DNA of 52,637 bases, the filler included, from Stramenopiles sp. TOSAG23-2 (Eukaryota), in NCBI GenBank assembly GCA_900128395.1. It is 3 parts of 3 records of this genome, joined end to end, with 100 filler letters (N's around TTAATTAATTAA, not from the genome) between each part and the next. Parts side by side here need not be neighbours in the genome. Positions count along the whole stretch, not along the records: positions 35,178 to 52,637 come from LT649642.1; 2 more parts are not named here. One strand, given 5' to 3'. Each line of letters begins with the position of its first letter. The stretch's first letter is position 1. The position numbers were made by a program, and so were the translations under genes. Of this stretch, positions 46,201 to 52,637 are shown piece by piece. The notes under the pieces are model-generated. The model was not told where the DNA came from. It did no database searches and saw nothing but the letters and a program-made list of their open reading frames with translations.

Positions 46201-49200
46201 AAAGTATTCAGTAAAAAAATATATAATAGTAATTACAGAAGTATATATCGTGTTGGGCGAAACGATCTAATCAATATTTTAGAAGCAGCACCAGTTGTAA
46301 AACAATGGAAAATTGTTTTTTATCCAAAAATTTTAAAGATATTGAATGCATTGTTGGTCCAAGCATGTAAATTTGATCAAGGGCCACACGAAGTCGCAAG
46401 ATCAATTGTGAAAAAGCTTCTTCGAAAAGGTGCTGATCCTAATTCCACTGATGCAAATGGAAACACGGCATTATTTCTTGCATCAAATTACCACCCTATA
46501 CATAAAACTGATATATGTTCGTTATTGATCAAAGCTGGTGGCGCTGTAAACGTGTCTATTTTATCAAATTTCATTGATAATCTCTCACGTGTATCTGGTC
46601 AAATGGATAGAAAGGAAAAAAATGAAAAAAAATCAAATGATATCAAAAATCATTTGAAATATGTTGTTTTCTATGGTGCATATTACGGAACCTTAACTGA
46701 AAATGTATTAGCATATATGAATTCTATTTCGCTAACAGATCGATATGGAAATATCTCACACAATCTCTTAAGCGACATTCAATCTGTACCTGATGAGCGG
46801 AATTTCTTGCCAATGCATTACGCGGCAATGCATGGCAACGTTGAGGTCATTGATTTATTATATTGCTACGGCGGTAAAGATTGCATTAATAAACAATTCG
46901 ATGTGAACATCACAAAGATGGTAAATGGCAAGAAAGTATTCCAAGTGTTCCATAGTAAACCAACAAGCATCGCAAAATTATTGGAGGAGAGCAATCAAGT
47001 AAAGACAGCATATGGATTTACACCATTAGCATTAGCAGTTCAAAATAACCACCCAAATGCTGTGCAAAAGTTATTGTCGTTGGGGTAAGTATCAGATTCT
47101 ATTTCTTGAAATTTCTTGAAAATACTTTTTTGTTAACTTTTAAAAATTTTCACATTATATATTATTATTCGTTTAGGGCTAAACCATTTCCATTTGACAA
47201 CGAGACAGATTTTCAAACAGCAAAAGATAATTATTTATGCCCATACTGGCTTGCTCTTGGCCTTTTTCGTGCTACTGAAGATCCTGCTTCTAGATACGAT
47301 CCTAGTGTTAATACGCTAAACAAAACGCTAGTTATATTGAAGCACCCGAAGGATACTCCAACAACACACTTCCAAAAGGTCATTGCAGAAGTAAAATTAA
47401 TGGATATAAATAAGCAAGTATTGAGAAGAAAGATGGAGGAATTACATGGAGATTCAATTGAAGACGATGCAACGGAAAATATAGATGCAGAGGCATTGTA
47501 TAGTATAACGGAAGCTTTAACGAAACAAGCTGATAAAAATCGTAGAAATTCCAACGTCGATAGTCCAAGTCGCGTTTCAACAAGAAAACGAAATAAATCA
47601 GTGTTGGTTAAGGCCATAAAGCATGATTTTGTACATTCTTCTACTGATCAAGAGATGCGTGATAAGCAATTGCAAATGCTTGTAGTGAAAAAAATTAGGT
47701 CTAATTACATAGAAAGACGTGGAAAAGATTGTGAAAAATGGCGAGACACGCCTTTATTTACATTCGGTGATAATTTAAAAGCATTGAAAGTTGATAATAA
47801 AGCAAAAGATCGTCTTATAGAGTTTATGGACACGGATTTAAACGAGACCACAACAAAATTAAATTCTAGCAATTTAGATATTATTGAGAAAGAGAAACGA
47901 AAAGAGATTTTGAATATTATGAATAGTCATTACAAAGTGAAAAGTATGTTATATAAATATGGAGCAAGGCAATTTGCCTGGCCTTGTTTTGTCTACATTT
48001 TATTATTAGTTTTTTGCATCTATACAGTGCCAAGTTTTTTCTGGGAGAGTGACTATGCTTTTGAAGTAAATTCGCTCATAATTACTCAGTTACGCAAGGA
48101 TTTAATACCATTAAAAGATGAAGATACTGGTGTTTTTGGAGCTCCAAGGGGATTCTTAAACATTGGCAAATTAGGACCTTGGATATCAGAATCAATGTTA
48201 AAAACTCATTTGCCTTATTTGCACGAAAACGGCAAGCTTCAACAAATTGGTAATATCAAAATATGTTCATTATTATCTAGAGGATGGAAAGTTTGGAATG
48301 ATAAATCTGACGTTACACGTCGATCCTATAATGAAAGGGATTGGGACATTCACGAGGGCTTTTCCAACGCCAAAAATATTACATTAAGTGATGTGAATGA
48401 TGTGAATGGAACCGATACCGATGTATGCAAGCCAATACTTCAAAAAGGAGAATTCCAAGAGTATTGCTTTGAGATTTGGAACGGAACATCACAAGATTTA
48501 CAACTCGTTGATAGGCTACTTGGAAGCAATACTACTCAAAGTTTATGCCCAGAATTTAAAAAATATATACTGAGAACAAGGATATATTTGCATTTTTACT
48601 CGAAACAAGCAAACTTGCTAAGCCAAATACAACAGGTGTTTTCAGTAGAACCTACTGGTATAATTACTAGTCAATTTAAAGCGGAAAGTATTAAAGAAGA
48701 AACATGGGATTTTGGTTACGGCATAACAGTGGTGGTTCATTTTATAATGGAATGTATTTTTTGTGTATATTTAATCGGTGAACTAATTGGAATGATTAAA
48801 GCATTGGTAGTAGCGGGAAAATATACAGAAATGCTCATTAGGCAGAAGTATAAAATAGCTGGTCGAGCTGCTTTACTACATACTTACGAGGAAGAAAGAA
48901 AATTCCATGATCGAGGAGATTTACCAGTCAAGACACCAACTTGTTGCAACATAATTCCTATCCCGTGTAAATTGAGCCAAAGAGTTTATAGTGTTTACTG
49001 GATTAGAAATGGAGTAAATATCAATGTTCTGAAATCAATTGTATCGTCTCCAAACGAAGATTATGAAAGTTTAACCCTTAGCCAATCAATTATTGTTGTT
49101 TCTGGCTTATTATTAGTTATATTTTACGTGTTTTTAGCTAGCATGAAGGGAGCATTACAGTTTATGGATGGGAACTTCGAACGTGTAAACGTAAAAGCTG

Positions 49201-49805
49201 TCCAGGATATTTTTCAGATTGCTGGTATTGTAAGGACTTTAACGACAATATTGCTGTACACGTTATGGTTTCGTTTATTTGATGTTCTAAAGCAAGATCC
49301 ACGACTTGGTCCATTTGTTAGAGCAATTTTTAAAACCATTGTCTCGTTTGAGGTTATTATGTTTTTTGTTCTTTTTCTCCTCGGAGTAGTGCCAGCTATG
49401 TTGTCCATGCATTTGTTCCTTGGAGGTAGGGTAAAACATCTTAGTACAATTTATAAAACATTTCGCACTATGTTGATGTTTGGTATTGTTGGAGAACATG
49501 AACAGCCTGATTTTTGGATGCATGGACCGTTGCCTGATAGTCATTTTGTACTCTTAGCTTTATTTCTTATACTGGTAGTTTTAGTATTGATGAATTTGTT
49601 GATTGCGATTGTAACAGATGTGTGGCAAGCGTATGATAGACAGAAAATTTACATCAAGGCAGTCAATGATGAAATAAGAGAAGCTGTTAGTAACCATGTA
49701 GAAGGTATTGATTATGGAAAGACCAGTACAAAAATTATTAGAAAGGTCGAAAGTTGGCAAAAGTTAAACAAATCGGAAAGCGGGAGCTTTCTTATGAGAA
49801 AGTAG
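43270..49805 (+). CDS. Ankyrin-repeat polycystin/TRP-like cation channel (2147 aa), exons 43270-47084 and 47177-49805
   Basis: Ankyrin repeats (GWSPIH, GKTPLFFA, GNTALFLA, LPMHYAAMHG, GFTPLALAV). A phase-2 GTAAGT...TTTAG intron restores LLSLGAKP. The 6TM channel end has LGPFVRAI..., a pore loop and S6 VLMNLLIAIV.D. Confidence 0.85.
47085..47176 (+). other. 92-bp spliceosomal GT-AG intron
   Basis: GG|GTAAGT donor and TTTAG|G acceptor; joins the two ORFs in frame and completes an ankyrin repeat. Confidence 0.9.
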
Positions 49806-49869
49806 AGAGTTATGATATCATAAGATTTTTATGGAACGCGTTTTGTATCATCAATATATTTTACTCTCC

Positions 49870-50223
49870 CTATGAATACGTTTTTTTTTGAAATTTTTTA
49901 AAAAATTTCGATTTTTTTTCAGCTTGGATCTCTTTTTCATCCTTTAGTTCAACTTTCTTTTCTTCCGTTTCATCCGTTCCTTTCACTTCATTTTCATCAT
50001 CACCTTCCTTTTTTTCTTTGCCCGGCTTTTTAAAACTTGGATCGATACGATATCTACTACTACGTTGTAATTTTTTAACATTTGATTTTGGTCTAGTTTG
50101 TGATGTTTCATCATCGATTTTTTCTTTTATCGGATATTGAATAAGACTATCAGATTCGTTGTCATCAATATATTTTTTCTTCGATTTTTTACGAATGACT
50201 TTTGTAAAAGCATGTGATGACAT
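49870..50223 (-). CDS. Short Lys/Glu-rich hypothetical protein
   Basis: 117-aa ATG-initiated ORF with coding-like purine bias; no domain recognised. Confidence 0.4.
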   Translation of the reverse strand: MSSHAFTKVIRKKSKKKYIDDNESDSLIQYPIKEKIDDETSQTRPKSNVKKLQRSSRYRIDPSFKKPGKEKKEGDDENEVKGTDETEEKKVELKDEKEIQAEKKSKFFKKFQKKTYS

Positions 50224-50973
50224 CTTGTTTTTAATTCAAATTTTGAAATGTTATATATTTTGTTAAATTCTATACGCGCGCTTCAAACGTAGTATTGTAA
50301 AAATAACAAAAAAAAACAAAAAAATAATGTCGTATATGTGAATAATATAATAATAAACAAACGACAACAATGAAAATGGTATGTGTGTAACAAAAGGACA
50401 ATTTTTGTATATCTCTATATATGTTGTGAATATGTACGTGCGTATCGTTGATGAAAAATGGTTTTATATATGTGTGTACTGTTCTTTTTAGTTTTACTAC
50501 TCTTTTTCTAAATTATGTTTTTTATATATATACAGTGTATTAATATGTACAAATGTGTTCAAGAGTAATAAAATTTGAGTCGTATTATATTTACCTGCTA
50601 TAGAATTCATAAAATAATTACTCGAAAATCGATATAAAAATCGAATCGTGATATATTACATTATTTCCTTAATAAATTGTAAAAATAAATTATTTATAAT
50701 ATAAATAGTTAAAGGTTTATTCTATTTTAAGTATATTTAATATTATCTATCTACACTCTTTTAGAACGATATAGTATTGTCTTTATCATTCCTTACCCTC
50801 ATTTTACTAGGTACAATATAATATGATTAAAGTATAATTTAATAGTAGTGTTCATATTTTGAAGCAGAGTTCACCGAATATTGAATAATATATATACTAT
50901 TATCCCATATCTTCTCAATTTACAAAACGCAATACAAATCGTTATTCTTCATCAAGTAAATCATAATAATAAA

Positions 50974-52338
50974 ATGTATACATTACGTGTTATGAGTAGG
51001 AAAAACACAATGGTATCATCGATAAATGCTGTATCATCATCATTATCATCAATAAAAGTAATAGTAGTAGCAGTAGTAGTATTTTTTATAATAAGTATTA
51101 CAACGTGCCATGGTGAAAATATTAAAATAATGGTAAATAGTGCACCACCACCATGGAAACAAGATCGATTTGCAATTTCTTTTTGGGTTGATCCAATGGT
51201 CCCTCCAGATCGTTTTGATGTGGAGTATAAACGTATAGCAGAGGCAAATTTTACGGTATTGTTAGGTGGATTTGGTGCTAACAACCCAACTACGGTGACA
51301 CAACAAATAGCAGCAGCAACGAAAAATGATTTAAAAGCCGTTCCCAATATTTGTGACGGTGCATGTGTTAATATATCTGGTGCTTGGGGATTTCAAATTG
51401 CGGATGAACCTGATGTGAGTAAATTTAATAGCATTGCAAAGTTAGTGGCAGATGCAAAAGCAGTTGGTCAAATGGCCTTTGTAAATTTGCTACCAAATTA
51501 TGCTGAGCCAAAGCAGCTTGGCGCTGATACCTACAAGGATTATCTTGCAACATTTATGGAAAAAGTAAAACCAAATATGCTAAGCGTTGATCATTATCCA
51601 GATTTTGATGAATCCACATCAAAAGGAAATAATAAGACGAAAAAAGGCTATATATTAAATCTTTTAGCACTGCGAGAAACATCACTTTCTGTCAAACCAA
51701 ATATACCCTTTTGGAACTTTTTCAACGCTATGCCGTATAATCAAGTATCACAATATGATATTTCAGAAGCGGAACTGCGATGGCAAGCATATACATCTTT
51801 GGCAATCGGTTCAAAAGGGGTTTTATATTTTTGCTATTGGACTCCACCAGGTGCAGGTTTTTCCCGAGGACAAGCTATTATGACACCAACCCCTGGTAAT
51901 ATTCCAAATATTGCCGATCAATCTCCAGGATATAAATATCCAATGGTACAGCGTATTAATTCAAAATTACGAGTGTTTGGAAATTGGCTACTTGAAAAAG
52001 TATCATCTAGTGTAGTTCAAGTTTCTGGCAGTGGGACAACGTTTTTAAAACATTTACGATGGACTTCAATTAATGGTAGTGCTACTGGTCCAAATTCTGA
52101 GTTTATGCTTGGTTGTTATGATAATAATAATACCATTGTATTAGTAAATCAGGATAGTAATCACCCAGCATTAGCGACAGTTGGTATAGATGATGAAAAT
52201 AATAATGGCAGAACAGCGATGATGGAATTGGATGCAAAGTCTGGTATACTTGTTCCACCTCGAGATGATTCACCTTTTTTATCTGGATTTCAAATTGCAT
52301 TACTTCCTGGTGATGCAAGGCTTTTTACGTGGGTATAA
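50974..52338 (+). CDS. Secreted/membrane-anchored glycoside-hydrolase-like TIM-barrel protein, family unresolved
   Basis: Hydrophobic N-terminal segment. The motifs GFQIADEP, FVNLLP.Y, LSVDHYP and ELRWQAY..LA.G.KG..YF.YW are typical of uncharacterised clan GH-A-like proteins. Confidence 0.65.
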   Translation: MYTLRVMSRKNTMVSSINAVSSSLSSIKVIVVAVVVFFIISITTCHGENIKIMVNSAPPPWKQDRFAISFWVDPMVPPDRFDVEYKRIAEANFTVLLGGFGANNPTTVTQQIAAATKNDLKAVPNICDGACVNISGAWGFQIADEPDVSKFNSIAKLVADAKAVGQMAFVNLLPNYAEPKQLGADTYKDYLATFMEKVKPNMLSVDHYPDFDESTSKGNNKTKKGYILNLLALRETSLSVKPNIPFWNFFNAMPYNQVSQYDISEAELRWQAYTSLAIGSKGVLYFCYWTPPGAGFSRGQAIMTPTPGNIPNIADQSPGYKYPMVQRINSKLRVFGNWLLEKVSSSVVQVSGSGTTFLKHLRWTSINGSATGPNSEFMLGCYDNNNTIVLVNQDSNHPALATVGIDDENNNGRTAMMELDAKSGILVPPRDDSPFLSGFQIALLPGDARLFTWV

Positions 52339-52637
52339 ATATCTCTCAATAATATGAGATTTAATATTGAGATATATTCGGTATTTGTCAGTGATTAAAA
52401 ATGTTCGTATTGAAAAGAGTGTAGATCTAAGAGATTGTGTGTGCTTGTGTGTAACGAAGTATTAAATATTTACTCCTCTCCCGTATACGAACATGAGATT
52501 CTGTAAAAAAACATTTGTATAAAATAAGTACGAGTACATATATATATATGAGAAAAATATAAAATATATATAATATGCGAAACAAAAATTAAATTGGCTT
52601 AAAGCACAATGGGTCAACGAAACTTGTAGAAATCTAC

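Noticed and set aside
1-52637. Non-standard genetic code as the cause of split ORFs
   Set aside because: Conserved genes end properly at TAA, TAG or TGA. The splits are explained by duplications, introns or one homopolymer indel.

Overview
AT-rich, gene-dense, intron-poor eukaryotic (protist) genomic DNA in the standard genetic code. A heterotrophic stramenopile-like microeukaryote from a MAG or SAG is plausible, but that is inference only. The window is three unrelated contigs (1-17510, 17611-35077, 35178-52637) joined by artificial 44N-TTAATTAATTAA-44N linkers. About 21 protein genes are supported: a full-architecture GPR155/LYCHOS homolog (PIN-like transporter + 7TM + DEP), EF-hand proteins, GH13 alpha-glucosidase, TBC protein, JmjC, purple acid phosphatase, DUF3754, asd, GARP/Myb-like, SET, CAP-Gly, WW-PH, a long coiled-coil protein, aldo/keto reductase, WW-SH3BGR, ACSF3, CMC1, homocysteine S-methyltransferase, a 2147-aa ankyrin/polycystin-like channel and a secreted GH-like protein. 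Thirteen perfect 95-153 bp tandem duplications (probably assembly artefacts) split several ORFs. The main non-coding structures are a 1.47-kb element with perfect 96-bp terminal inverted repeats, a cluster of long hairpins at the end of contig 1, a recurring GCCAGGC intergenic motif, and a TAA-A-ATG stop/start junction between two co-oriented genes. No rRNA, tRNA or CRISPR array was recognised.
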